Positions 1 through 9,180 of a stretch of DNA of 27,536 nt are shown piece by piece; the stretch's first letter is position 1, and every line of letters begins with the position of its first letter. Where the stretch lies: the IMG/VR virus record IMGVR_UViG_3300021476_000134, positions 1 through 27,536 of that record, one strand, 5' to 3'. A model generated the notes under the pieces. It had not been told where the DNA came from. It ran no database searches and saw nothing but the letters and a program-made list of their open reading frames with translations. The translations under genes and the position numbers were made by a program. Origin of the DNA: a virus (Duplodnaviria; Caudoviricetes).

Positions 1-73
1 TGGCGCTCATTTGTACGGCGTCGCCAAGGCCGTAGCCCCTGTGCAGAGAGATCAGGACGTTGATGCGGTCCAT
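1..73 (-). CDS. 5' fragment of a GT9-like (heptosyltransferase-fold) glycosyltransferase, running off the window
   Basis: My translation from the ATG at 73 (TGATG overlap with the upstream stop) gives MDRINVLISLHRGYGLGDAVQMSA. This contains the N-terminal hydrophobic strand and GLGD motif of GT9 proteins. Confidence 0.6.
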   Translation of the reverse strand, partial: MDRINVLISLHRGYGLGDAVQMSA

Positions 74-288
74 CAACTATCTCTCAGTACATATGGTATA
101 AATGGTTTGTCGTACCATAGTCCGCCAGAGGTTACTTCATAAACCCGTAGACAGATAAATTCAGCTGCCGTCTTTGCAGCGCAATCAGCTGACACACCGT
201 TCTGCCTGAGTCGCTCAAGTACGCGGAAAAACGTGTCCTCGCGATCCTTCGCTTTCTGCTTCACCAGCTCTTCGATGTTGTTTTGCAC
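73..288 (-). CDS. hypothetical protein, 71 aa
   Basis: Same strand as the operon, stop overlaps the next start, no motif recognised. Confidence 0.55.
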   Translation of the reverse strand: MQNNIEELVKQKAKDREDTFFRVLERLRQNGVSADCAAKTAAEFICLRVYEVTSGGLWYDKPFIPYVLRDS

Positions 289-357
289 AGTTACATCTCT
301 TAATCAAAACCTCAAATGGTAGCACAACACGGACAACGCGGTACTTCGATGCCCCCT

Positions 358-1662
358 TCACACGAAGTTGGCATGCTCAACCCCCTCCCCTGCCAGCAAT
401 GTCAGATCGGCGGTGCCATCCACCACCGATCCGAGAAGCGTGTTCGACGCAGTGAAAACGCACCCTGGGCACCGCACCTTCGGGTCGTCGATCAAGTTCC
501 GCACCGGTTGTTCGTATAATCGAGATACCTCGTCCCAACGGCATATACGCCACGGCTCCGCAAACTTGTGCCCAGCCTCCCTGTTCAGCACGCAGCTGTC
601 GCATGGGTAGACGTACCCGTCGCTATTAAGAACAGGATGGATATAGCCAAGATAGCATGCCTTCGGCGCGGCTGGTGGCTTATATTGCACAAACACCACG
701 TCCGGGTCGATGGCGTCAGCTATCTTTTGGAGCACAATGCACCGTTCGGAAATCAAATCCGGCTCCAGGCAGTTCGGCAGCAGCCGGACATAGCGCGGGC
801 GATAGATTCGGACGTAGTGCTCAATCTGGACAGTCAGCTCCCCAACGCGGTCCTTTGCCCACCACGTCGGTTTCAGCGACAGACGCGAGCTGCCAAGCGT
901 GATAAGGTCTGCTTGAGTTGACACCTTACCATGATGTATATCAGCTGGCTCGTCGTACAGATCATGAAGGACATAGCTAAATCCTAACGTCGTCTTAGAT
1001 GGATCGACATCAGGGACAAATACTTCGCGCTCGTCATGGTCCAATCCAGACATGCTTATCCGCACCCAAGCAAGCTTATCGAGAGTTTCTGGTCTGACAG
1101 TACCCCAAGACTCTCTAATTGTCATCTTATTGCAGACACAGGAATCGCGGAAGCAATGACAACCAAGGCAGTAGATATCACGGTACCGCAACCCGTTTGG
1201 GTGACCAACGCGCGCTGCTGAATCAATAATAGCATCTGGGTCTTGAGCTACACATTGTAATTTCTTGGCAGATACCTCAAACTTACGCAACGGCATCCCG
1301 TTAGTAATGAGACCAATCTCCAATCCACGGTCTGCGATGCACCCTACTAGGTCGTTAAAGTTAGCGTGCGACACCGGACACTTATAGAGAATCGGGTTAC
1401 CGCCGCCGCTGATGATAACAGCCTTCAGCCCGTAGCGCATCAGGGTGTCGAGATACACAAGCATGTCCTTCATCGGCAGTGTATTCCCATCTCGCGTCTG
1501 GACGGAGCAGAAGGCGCAGGTGTGCTGGCAGAGGTCCGTCGGCATCAAGTGGGTTACAATAGGCCGACCTCTACCGTCACGCAAGCTGCGCATCGCTTCC
1601 TGGTGGTGGAAGAACTTGCCTCCTGTACTGGTAAACGTATTAACCAGTTCTGCCATCAGCAC
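358..1662 (-). CDS. radical SAM protein with C-terminal SPASM/twitch domain
   Basis: CQHTCAFC (CxxxCxxC), SGGGNP, ITNG, and C-terminal CYLG...DGYVYPCDSC...CPGC. Also has an internal Cys-rich insertion. Confidence 0.9.
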   Translation of the reverse strand: MLMAELVNTFTSTGGKFFHHQEAMRSLRDGRGRPIVTHLMPTDLCQHTCAFCSVQTRDGNTLPMKDMLVYLDTLMRYGLKAVIISGGGNPILYKCPVSHANFNDLVGCIADRGLEIGLITNGMPLRKFEVSAKKLQCVAQDPDAIIDSAARVGHPNGLRYRDIYCLGCHCFRDSCVCNKMTIRESWGTVRPETLDKLAWVRISMSGLDHDEREVFVPDVDPSKTTLGFSYVLHDLYDEPADIHHGKVSTQADLITLGSSRLSLKPTWWAKDRVGELTVQIEHYVRIYRPRYVRLLPNCLEPDLISERCIVLQKIADAIDPDVVFVQYKPPAAPKACYLGYIHPVLNSDGYVYPCDSCVLNREAGHKFAEPWRICRWDEVSRLYEQPVRNLIDDPKVRCPGCVFTASNTLLGSVVDGTADLTLLAGEGVEHANFV

Positions 1663-2179
1663 TCTCCATACTGTCTAATAACTTCAAGAGCTCGTTAAAT
1701 GATGGTATACACACACTATAGTTCCACAGCAGTCTCATCACCTCCACCAGTGATGGCCACGAAGGCCACGATGGCTGCGCGCTTATCATTTCCCCAACAT
1801 CGTCAATCATTATCAGTGGCATCACAGTCCACTTCATTCCGAGGATTATTCTTAGTTCATCCAGGAGCGGACAATCGTCTGGCGAATGGGCATCCAACCA
1901 GAACGTAGTCGTAGCATCCAGGTTCACTATGCTTGGAAGTACCACTCGGCTATCCCCCTCGTGAACATGAATGCTGTCTGCCCCAGTAAATATCGTTCTT
2001 GCTCTCTCTGCCACTTCGTGGTTTATATCAACAGTGTGAATCTTATGGAACTTGCTATAGTATGCTAATGCCGTTGTAAACCCCCACTCTGTACCAGTCT
2101 CGATGAACACCTCGCTAACAAAGCTCCGTCCGAAGCAGTGAAACGGTATATTTCTGTTGATCTCGTCCAGAGAAATCAT
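1640..2179 (-). CDS. class I SAM-dependent methyltransferase-like protein
   Basis: FIETGT motif I, VD, GDS, FWLDAH and IMIDD. Start placed at ATG 2179, which gives an ATGA overlap with the upstream stop (track start 2257). Confidence 0.75.
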   Translation of the reverse strand: MISLDEINRNIPFHCFGRSFVSEVFIETGTEWGFTTALAYYSKFHKIHTVDINHEVAERARTIFTGADSIHVHEGDSRVVLPSIVNLDATTTFWLDAHSPDDCPLLDELRIILGMKWTVMPLIMIDDVGEMISAQPSWPSWPSLVEVMRLLWNYSVCIPSFNELLKLLDSMESADGRTG

Positions 2180-2730
2180 TCCGATTTCCTCATGACAACC
2201 AACGGTTCCACACCACCAAACGGCCCCAACGTATTCACTATCTCTGCTTGTGGCCACAACGATTGAACATGCTTGAGATCAGTACCAGGCCACTCCTCGA
2301 CAACATAGATTCCTCCAGGCTTCACAGACGGCCACAGGTAGTACAGTGTCAGCAGTGTATTCTCAATATAATGAGTGGCGTCATCTATAATCATATCGAA
2401 TTGCCTACCAGCGGCGGCGGCCTCACAATCTCGCTGCACACGTTGGTCTCCAAGGTGGAACTCGATGCAATCACCATGCGCTCGGTCGCTGGAATGGATA
2501 TCCATACCTACGATCAGCGCGTTCGGAAACACCTCGCACCATGCAAGCAGGCAGCTGCCGTCAGCAACACCTACCTCCATGACCAACTCAACTTCGTTCC
2601 TTCTACCAACTAGCAATGCCTCATAAGCAGCCCCATAGTGGTGGTTCGACTCCTTGTCCGTTCCGTTTACATGCCGACCGTCACCATCAAGCACAGCGTA
2701 GGAACGGAATATGTCTGCAACCGATTTCAT
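2176..2730 (-). CDS. class I SAM-dependent O-methyltransferase (MycE/TylE-like, Methyltransf_24-type)
   Basis: GTDK...HHY...YE, MEVGVADG, GMDI, GDQ, FDMIIDDATH and VKPGGIYVVEE. Start at ATG 2730 (ATGA overlap). Confidence 0.85.
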   Translation of the reverse strand: MKSVADIFRSYAVLDGDGRHVNGTDKESNHHYGAAYEALLVGRRNEVELVMEVGVADGSCLLAWCEVFPNALIVGMDIHSSDRAHGDCIEFHLGDQRVQRDCEAAAAGRQFDMIIDDATHYIENTLLTLYYLWPSVKPGGIYVVEEWPGTDLKHVQSLWPQAEIVNTLGPFGGVEPLVVMRKSE

Positions 2731-2948
2731 CTGCACTCCAAATCGTGATATCGCAGTGCTCTGCCGTAGTTGATACATGGACCGTACTTAATATCAACCC
2801 ACCGGTGGCACCCGCCACCGTCATCCTTAACGGGATTACGACACGCGGGACACGTCACAAACAACCCGTTATCTGCGTACTTCACTCTGCATCGAGCACA
2901 TATTCGCTTACCACTCAACACCACCGGCGCGGTAGCATTCGCGGACAT
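2727..2948 (-). CDS. small Zn-ribbon-like protein
   Basis: CARC and CPAC pairs. It fills the gap between two operon genes and its stop overlaps the next start. Start uncertain. Confidence 0.5.
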   Translation of the reverse strand: MSANATAPVVLSGKRICARCRVKYADNGLFVTCPACRNPVKDDGGGCHRWVDIKYGPCINYGRALRYHDLECR

Positions 2949-4026
2949 ATTCGGCCGCTTCCTTGTCGCGCTGTGTAACATAGCCACCTCCCTGCCCAGT
3001 AATGTGCCACCCATGTTTACAGATTAGTTCCAACGTCTTCTTCTGAATCCCCTGTGGAACTATCTGCCTCCAGAACCGAGCCTCACGAGCCAGCCACTCC
3101 AGTGTGTTTGTCTTGACAAACTCACACGTCACCGGATGTTTAATTATATCTAATGCGCGCGTTCCACCCCACAAGTGCGCCGTCTCCGCATTACCAAACA
3201 ACTCAGTCGCTTCGAGCTGACGCTGTGGGTCCGGCATGGATGATCCATAGAGCGTCTGGAGTGGCAGTCTGTCAGCGCGATATGTAGTCAACGTCGGACA
3301 TACCGTGTAAGTGTACCCTTCCTCGACGGCCCAGTGATGGAGCTGCTGCCCTGGTTCATACCATCCAGGCCCTTTCAGTTGACCGGACGGCATCTCCTTT
3401 AGAACAGTCCCAGCCGGCCACCCGCGCTTTTCGGCGAATGGCCCGGCGATCCAGGACACGTTCTGGTTGTGCCAGTCGAGGTAGTCGCGCTCCGGCTGCC
3501 GATCTGCTATATATTGCGACTCGAAAAACTTCTCGCCCCACTGCAGCTTGTCCTGGGGAGCACTAACCCTGCACCAGAGGTCCATTTTTCGCAGCACATC
3601 GCCCCGGTAGAGTGTGCAGCTAGGGTTAACAAACTGCTCGTGGTGCCACATCCCCACCGCGAAGTCCGTCTCGCGTATCTGGTCGACGAACCACTGGAGC
3701 CACGTCGGGCGCAGGACCAGCACATCAGTCTCCAATGCCATCAGGAAATCGAAGTCGTACTTCTCGACGACGCAGTCTAGCGCCGAGGCGTGGAACTTGT
3801 TGCTCTTGTGGTTGGACGCGATATACAGATTAAGGTCCGAGCCAAGCCACGTTTCCCTGAGCCCCTTGATTGCTGGACTCCACGTGGAGTTATCTACCAC
3901 AACGATCTTGACGTCGAACCCGTTGGCGACCGGTGGGTTGCGCTCTAGCGCCGCCACGCACGTCTGAGTCCAGAACCAAGTGTGGGAGTGCGGGATCGCA
4001 ACCACTATCTTCCTGTTTCTTAGCAC
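2908..4026 (-). CDS. GT2-like (GT-A fold) glycosyltransferase
   Basis: IVVAIP start, IVVVDNS, H-x3-LD, FLMALETDVLV (ExD variant of DxD) and HLWGGTR near the C-terminus. Confidence 0.75.
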   Translation of the reverse strand: MLRNRKIVVAIPHSHTWFWTQTCVAALERNPPVANGFDVKIVVVDNSTWSPAIKGLRETWLGSDLNLYIASNHKSNKFHASALDCVVEKYDFDFLMALETDVLVLRPTWLQWFVDQIRETDFAVGMWHHEQFVNPSCTLYRGDVLRKMDLWCRVSAPQDKLQWGEKFFESQYIADRQPERDYLDWHNQNVSWIAGPFAEKRGWPAGTVLKEMPSGQLKGPGWYEPGQQLHHWAVEEGYTYTVCPTLTTYRADRLPLQTLYGSSMPDPQRQLEATELFGNAETAHLWGGTRALDIIKHPVTCEFVKTNTLEWLAREARFWRQIVPQGIQKKTLELICKHGWHITGQGGGYVTQRDKEAAEYVRECYRAGGVEW

Positions 4027-4481
4027 AGAGCCTCCAGAACTGCGAATGGGAGCGCATTAAACGCCTCGATGTGCGCCCTGTGGGGTGTCGGCAGGTCGCG
4101 CACACCGTTCAACTCTACTACCCTCTTGAACAGTTCGTTCCACGTCCACCTTCGGAGGAAGTCCACACGCTCCATATGCTTACCCTCCGTCAGGCTGAGG
4201 TACATTAGCGCGACCGCTACCGACCGGCTATAGCCACCGTGGCAGCACACCAGCACAGTCTTCTTCTGCTGGACCAGGGACACCAGTGACAACACCGCAG
4301 CGCAGTACGCCGGGATCGGGTTTCCAGGGCCATCCACCAGTCCCACATGCAAGTACGTCACCTTTGGCCAGCAGCGCGTTGGCGGCAGGTCGACGGCGAC
4401 GTTGAGTATTGCCGTGATATCGCCCGTGATCTTCTCGTTGGACAAGTCCCCAACGAACACACCGTCAGCAATCTTCAGCAC
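4020..4481 (-). CDS. dual-specificity protein phosphatase family protein
   Basis: VLVCCHGGYSRS is the CX5R P-loop. Also VFVG, ILNVA and an LVDG general-acid loop. Confidence 0.9.
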   Translation of the reverse strand: MLKIADGVFVGDLSNEKITGDITAILNVAVDLPPTRCWPKVTYLHVGLVDGPGNPIPAYCAAVLSLVSLVQQKKTVLVCCHGGYSRSVAVALMYLSLTEGKHMERVDFLRRWTWNELFKRVVELNGVRDLPTPHRAHIEAFNALPFAVLEALC

Positions 4482-4543
4482 ACCAGCGCCTCCAAAACAA
4501 CCTCACGACACATTAGTTCCAGCTACGTACCCCCCAGCGCTCT

Positions 4544-5515
4544 TCACACATTGTGACTTACTCCAAGTTGAACTAAATCCGTCCTCTGCTGGCCAAAACA
4601 GTTTGAGCAAACTTGACGGTCAACTTGCTCTTTGTTAGCGAGTATTTCCCTCTGTCGTTTATAGAATGCATCAGTCTTAGCAAACATATCGGCTGGGCTG
4701 TCAGTCATAACGTTGCCCAGCACTATTTCCTCCTCTAAATCAAGGCAGCACGCGATAACGTTGCCAGTCACCCCGAAGAACCAATGACCGAAGTCGGCGT
4801 AGGGACAGCCGTTGTAGTGGCACGTTGCGATATCCTCCATACGTCCGGTCCACGGATTGATGGAGCAGTTGGAGTGAACGGTAATTGGCAATCCGACCCA
4901 AAAATCCCTCCAAAGTTCTTGCATTTCCTGCGACACCCACTTCGATTTGTGCGACACAGTGATGAACTCGATATTGCTGTACTCACCTTTAAGTTTTGCG
5001 CGCAGCGCATTGTGCAGGTATTTCACGGTTGCATTGTAATCATTCTCGCTGTAATCGTGGTTATACGGGTGGTACGACATCATGTACCGCACTCGGTTCG
5101 GCAGTGCGGCGAGGAACTCGAAGAAGTCCTGTCCTCGATCACGCCACCGAGGGAGCATTAGACCGTGACTGTAGATGTCAATAATCATGTCCGGCGCAGC
5201 GGCAGCAAGATCATGCAGTCGATCCGGCAGTCTCTTGTTGAGAAGTGGCTCCCCGTCCTTGTGCCCAATAAACGTTGGTGGGCAGAACCGATTCTCGTTC
5301 TTGTATGGAACGATGTAATGATGCAAGATCGTGTCCCATACAGAATCATCCATAAATGCGCGCTGGCGCTGCATGTCGCGATTTGGGCAATACCCACAGG
5401 TAAGATCACAGTAGGAAGTCAGCTCTATTTGGAAATTGATAAAGCACCCCACTTCACAGCGAATTCCAGTCGGTCCAGCGCCTTGTGCGGTAGGACACGG
5501 CAATGCGTGTAACAA
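4544..5515 (-). CDS. radical SAM protein with SPASM domain
   Basis: IELTSYCDLTCGYCP, DGEPLLN, and C-terminal CPY...GNVIACCLD...LGNV...CSNC. Start uncertain. Confidence 0.9.
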   Translation of the reverse strand: MLHALPCPTAQGAGPTGIRCEVGCFINFQIELTSYCDLTCGYCPNRDMQRQRAFMDDSVWDTILHHYIVPYKNENRFCPPTFIGHKDGEPLLNKRLPDRLHDLAAAAPDMIIDIYSHGLMLPRWRDRGQDFFEFLAALPNRVRYMMSYHPYNHDYSENDYNATVKYLHNALRAKLKGEYSNIEFITVSHKSKWVSQEMQELWRDFWVGLPITVHSNCSINPWTGRMEDIATCHYNGCPYADFGHWFFGVTGNVIACCLDLEEEIVLGNVMTDSPADMFAKTDAFYKRQREILANKEQVDRQVCSNCFGQQRTDLVQLGVSHNV

Positions 5516-5622
5516 TCACAGGCTTTCTTGAATCGAGTAGCGCAGTTATGGTGGTGCTCGTTACGGTCGCCGATGAAGTTACGGAGTATCCTCACCGCAC
5601 GTGCTATCGTCATTTCTGCCAT
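5425..5622 (-). CDS. hypothetical Cys/His-rich protein, 65 aa
   Basis: Strong GGAGGT Shine-Dalgarno upstream of ATG 5622. Overlaps the uncertain 5' end of the radical SAM gene. Confidence 0.45.
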   Translation of the reverse strand: MAEMTIARAVRILRNFIGDRNEHHHNCATRFKKACDCYTHCRVLPHKALDRLEFAVKWGALSISK

Positions 5623-5732
5623 CTATATCACCTCCCCAGAGCAGTTTTGACTTGGTCGAGTGTTTTCCTGTCTCCCTCGTACACAAATAAGCCCCATGTG
5701 TACACGTTCGGCATACGCGACAATGCACCGAT

Positions 5733-6548
5733 TCACCCGTTAAACTCCTCTAATGTCGGCGGGGTACGTCCTTCGTGGACCGCATTGTAGATCGCTACAT
5801 CATGTGACCGCTGTTCGACTTCTTGCTTCTTGAAAAATAGATGGAAATGGTCAAAAAACGGTCCGCGCTCCATGTCAGCGCGGAATACCCTGTCGGCACC
5901 TATCAAGCGCTCGTGCACACGCACATTAGGGTCGAAGTAGATGCTCGAATGATTACGAACAATTCTCATCTGCCAGTCCGGGTCCGTCTGCCAGTTCTGC
6001 GTCGGACGGCAAAAAGAGAAGTTGTGCCAGTGCCGGCGAATCGTCGCGACCGCATCCCACTCCTTGCCCGCTAGAATCCCGCGCAGGCGCGTGCCTTGGT
6101 CGTAGGGATAACGTACATCCACTCGCAGATCTGCGCCAAGGCGACTGATATTCTCCCAGTTTGGAAGCGCCGTCTTCAGGTCACGGAAGTCATAGGTCTG
6201 GAGAATCGCGTCCGCCTCATTCTGCGGGGTGGACCTGCCCTTGCACTGCATTACTTGGTGGACCGGAAAGAACCGCTCGTCGGCGTCAAGCAGCATCACG
6301 TAATCGCACGGGCTCGACCTTATCGCCTTCGTGCGGACCGTCCCAAACCCCTCATCAATAGCCCCAAAGACCACCGGGATGTGCCACTTCGAAAGTATCT
6401 CCAGCGTACCGTCGTTGCTGAGAGCGCCTTGCGGCCCAGCGTGGTAGACACGCACGTCGTCGAAGTACGAAAGGTGGGTTTCCAGCCACCCTGGTAGAGC
6501 ATTGGCTTCGTTGTATATATTAGCTACGAGACCGAGTGTGATGCCCAT
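5733..6548 (-). CDS. GT2 family glycosyltransferase
   Basis: IYNEANALP, SNDGTLEI, GFG..R, MLLDADER and VHER are typical of GT2 beta-glucosyltransferase-like proteins. Start at ATG 6548 after AAGGA. Confidence 0.85.
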   Translation of the reverse strand: MGITLGLVANIYNEANALPGWLETHLSYFDDVRVYHAGPQGALSNDGTLEILSKWHIPVVFGAIDEGFGTVRTKAIRSSPCDYVMLLDADERFFPVHQVMQCKGRSTPQNEADAILQTYDFRDLKTALPNWENISRLGADLRVDVRYPYDQGTRLRGILAGKEWDAVATIRRHWHNFSFCRPTQNWQTDPDWQMRIVRNHSSIYFDPNVRVHERLIGADRVFRADMERGPFFDHFHLFFKKQEVEQRSHDVAIYNAVHEGRTPPTLEEFNG

Positions 6549-6715
6549 TTCAGTTTCCTTGCAAACCTTTTTACCAAGTTCCAGCACACGTTGCAGACGT
6601 ATTGCCTTCTAAAGAATCGTACCTTCGGCAACGTTGACACCTCCTCGTCCCTATAGTGACGGTACTTCTCGTAGAACGGGCATATCAACTCAGTATACCT
6701 AGGAAACATGCTCAT
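6524..6715 (-). CDS. small Cys-containing hypothetical protein, 63 aa
   Basis: ATGA-coupled to the upstream gene. Contains ICP and CNVC. Confidence 0.5.
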   Translation of the reverse strand: MSMFPRYTELICPFYEKYRHYRDEEVSTLPKVRFFRRQYVCNVCWNLVKRFARKLKWASHSVS

Positions 6716-7473
6716 ATGCGCCTTGCCGTTACAAAGCCATTTCCGCGCTCGTACTGCGCATAGTTGTCCTTCACACCAGGCACCCTAAACTGTCCAGTCA
6801 CCGCCCATCCAGGTCGGAGAAATATCGCAACCCACTCGTCCAGCGCCAGCCGGTGGACATGAGTCCTGTCCAGCTCGTACTCCGGCACCTCATACCCATT
6901 ATGACTTTCGCTCGCCAGTGGCACCACGATGAACACACCCTTACGAGCGCATCGCAAAAGCTCTTCTACACATTCATCCAAGCTATGTACATGCTCCAGT
7001 ACATCCTTGGCAATAATCCAGTCACATACCAAAATGTTTGGACCAAGGCGGCCACAGCGAACATAGTTGGCCACTTCTGGGTCAGCGTTGGTGATAGCCC
7101 ACTCGGAGATATCCAATCCGTACACGCAATAATCGAGCTGCCGAAAAGCCTTCACTACGTACCCACGCGCACATCCGAAGTCGAGGATAGAGTCCGTGTG
7201 GTCGATACCACAGTGCTTCACAATCGCCTTCGCCATCGGGATCGTCAGGTCCGGCAACCACCTGTAGTCCTCGTACAAGCTCACGCCGGTCTGCTTGCCG
7301 CGCAAGAAGTAATCTTCGTTGAACAGATTTACCGACGGTTCCAGTTTCTTACAGCACTGCTTACAAGTATTTCTAGTCGGCTGGGTCTCATGTAACCAGC
7401 CAGTTGGGATATTTCCGATATGTTTTGCGCCGCAGGAATCGCACGTAAACATTTGAACCTGTTCCACGCTCAT
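6712..7473 (-). CDS. class I SAM methyltransferase with N-terminal Zn-ribbon
   Basis: ILDFGCARG, GLDISEWA and DVLEHV, with N-terminal CDSC...CKQC. Start at ATG 7473 (GGAG upstream, ATGA overlap). Confidence 0.88.
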   Translation of the reverse strand: MSVEQVQMFTCDSCGAKHIGNIPTGWLHETQPTRNTCKQCCKKLEPSVNLFNEDYFLRGKQTGVSLYEDYRWLPDLTIPMAKAIVKHCGIDHTDSILDFGCARGYVVKAFRQLDYCVYGLDISEWAITNADPEVANYVRCGRLGPNILVCDWIIAKDVLEHVHSLDECVEELLRCARKGVFIVVPLASESHNGYEVPEYELDRTHVHRLALDEWVAIFLRPGWAVTGQFRVPGVKDNYAQYERGNGFVTARRI

Positions 7474-8993
7474 GATTTCTCCACGATGCAGGTGTACTGT
7501 GATTGTACCACGCGCCGCTGGTTCGCGGCGAATACTACATCTACCGCCTTCCTCACACCAGCACACGGAAGCCAGTCATAATCGTCAAAGAATATCTTCC
7601 CACCAGGTACCAACCGCGGCCAGAAGAACTCAATAGCATCACGCGTTGCCTGGTAGGTATCCATATCGACATAAACGAAGCAGAACTGCTGATATCCATA
7701 TTGCTCCTTCCACCCGTAAGGGAAGGTGCCAATTACATAGCGCGTCAATTCACTGTTACCAACTACCTGCTGGCAGTCTGCCAAACTAGCCTTCCACTCA
7801 CCCCTCTTGTGGTGGCACATTTCATCGTCGTGCGGATTCCCAGTCCACGTGTCTACAACCATCAGTATCTTATCCTGGCACAGTTGCCGGAGTATAAATG
7901 ATGTACCACCGCGATACGCGCCAAGGTCAGCTACGTCGCCAGACAGTCCCACCACCGTGAGGAACTCGTCCGCCATCAGCTTTAATTTGCCAACAGGGTT
8001 CACACTATATAGGGCACCGACACGGCAGACGTCGCTCACGGACTGCATTGCGTCGTACCTGTCCCCCTTACCAACTACTGAGGCAATACGCCGCGCCACG
8101 TAATCTGCAACCTTGCTCATATCGTTACCCATGTCATCGAGCTTGCATCCGTCTACCACCTCCACGAGGTTGCGCAGCCCACACTCCCGGTAACGGTGGT
8201 CCATCATAACCGAGTTGTGCGGCTCCATCGTAATCATTGGCACCCCGCAAGCGGCGGCAAGCCAACCAGTCCCGGTATTTCCGCACGCTACAATCCTATG
8301 GCGGCACACCTGCTCCATCCACTGTTTATGGTCGCCCCAGTGTCTTTTGTAGAGAGGATGCTGAACCAAGTCCTCACAGAAGTAACCATCGTACCCAACA
8401 GTAACCGTGAGTCCAGCATCTATCAGTTTGTGAACTACCTGAGTCCAGTAGTCAAAGGTGAAGGTAACGTTACCCTGGGTCTTGCAGTGCGGTGAGACAT
8501 ATACATCGCGCTCGAAGATCAGCAGTGGATGGTCAATCTCTACATCGTACACGTCCGATCCGACACATATCTCCGGCAAGTGCTCCTGACCAAAGAACCA
8601 ATACTCAAAAATATTCTTACGTCCCAGCCCACGCTCAAACCCACACAATGCGGTCTGACGCTGCGCCCCGTGGATGCGCAAGTACAACTCACGATAGTGG
8701 TCAAATTTCTTTCCATCTATTTCTCTATCTTTTTGCCACTTATTCCACGCAGTCCATCTTGATTCCCAATCCCCAGGGTTCCAGGTATCGTAAACCAGCT
8801 CCACCTCGTACTCGTCAATAAACCTCTGCCAGAGAAAATGCATTTCGTTACCAGGCGACACTGACATGATGACACGTTCAATATTCGGTTGATTCTCAAC
8901 GAACAGATACGCCGCCTTTAGCGCACATAGTTGGTCGCCACAGAATGACCCACTCTCTCTTGTACAGTTGTTAGCAATTAACATCGTCGTCAT
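7470..8993 (-). CDS. fusion of a GT9-like glycosyltransferase and a TylF/MycF-family O-methyltransferase
   Basis: N-terminal half has FCGDQL...K and VACGNTGTGWLAAACGVP (GT9 DSG..HLAAA.G.P variant). C-terminal half has GDVADLGAYRGGT, DTWTG, FVYVDMDTYQAT and LVPGGKIFFDDY. Confidence 0.85.
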   Translation of the reverse strand: MTTMLIANNCTRESGSFCGDQLCALKAAYLFVENQPNIERVIMSVSPGNEMHFLWQRFIDEYEVELVYDTWNPGDWESRWTAWNKWQKDREIDGKKFDHYRELYLRIHGAQRQTALCGFERGLGRKNIFEYWFFGQEHLPEICVGSDVYDVEIDHPLLIFERDVYVSPHCKTQGNVTFTFDYWTQVVHKLIDAGLTVTVGYDGYFCEDLVQHPLYKRHWGDHKQWMEQVCRHRIVACGNTGTGWLAAACGVPMITMEPHNSVMMDHRYRECGLRNLVEVVDGCKLDDMGNDMSKVADYVARRIASVVGKGDRYDAMQSVSDVCRVGALYSVNPVGKLKLMADEFLTVVGLSGDVADLGAYRGGTSFILRQLCQDKILMVVDTWTGNPHDDEMCHHKRGEWKASLADCQQVVGNSELTRYVIGTFPYGWKEQYGYQQFCFVYVDMDTYQATRDAIEFFWPRLVPGGKIFFDDYDWLPCAGVRKAVDVVFAANQRRVVQSQYTCIVEKS

Positions 8994-9004
8994 TGCACAC
9001 ACTT

Positions 9005-9178
9005 AAATGGTGCCGGCTTCCCACACTCGGCCGGCGCGAGTTGGTGAGACTACTCCGCTTCGTAATAAGCGTTTCGTCTGTGGTTTCACAGTACACCCAC
9101 AAGAGCTCTCGGCTATCTTCCGCCTGGATCACTCGTGGTACAGGTCATCAGCTGACAAGGATGTACAAAAGGAATCAA
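9005..9178 (-). ncRNA. candidate structured RNA (cis-regulatory element or ncRNA) with a bulged-G/loop E motif
   Basis: About 180-nt gap in an otherwise tightly packed operon. The minus strand reads AGAC-GAA-A-CGCUU-(AUUACG)-AAGCG-G-AGUA-GUCU (9047-9079), with further stems UGUGG/CCACA and GCCGGC/GCCGGC. Confidence 0.5.
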
Positions 9179-9180
9179 CC

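Noticed and set aside
9008-9035. tRNA/tmRNA 3' end (GCCGGCACCA on the minus strand)
   Set aside because: No T-loop (GTTCRA) or cloverleaf, only a 6-bp hairpin.
9047-9151. Hammerhead ribozyme (minus-strand CUGAUGA at 9145-9151 and a downstream GACGAAAC)
   Set aside because: The stem after CUGAUGA is followed by CGGAAG rather than GAAA, and the stem after the distal GAAA is not followed by a UH cleavage site. The core geometry does not fit.
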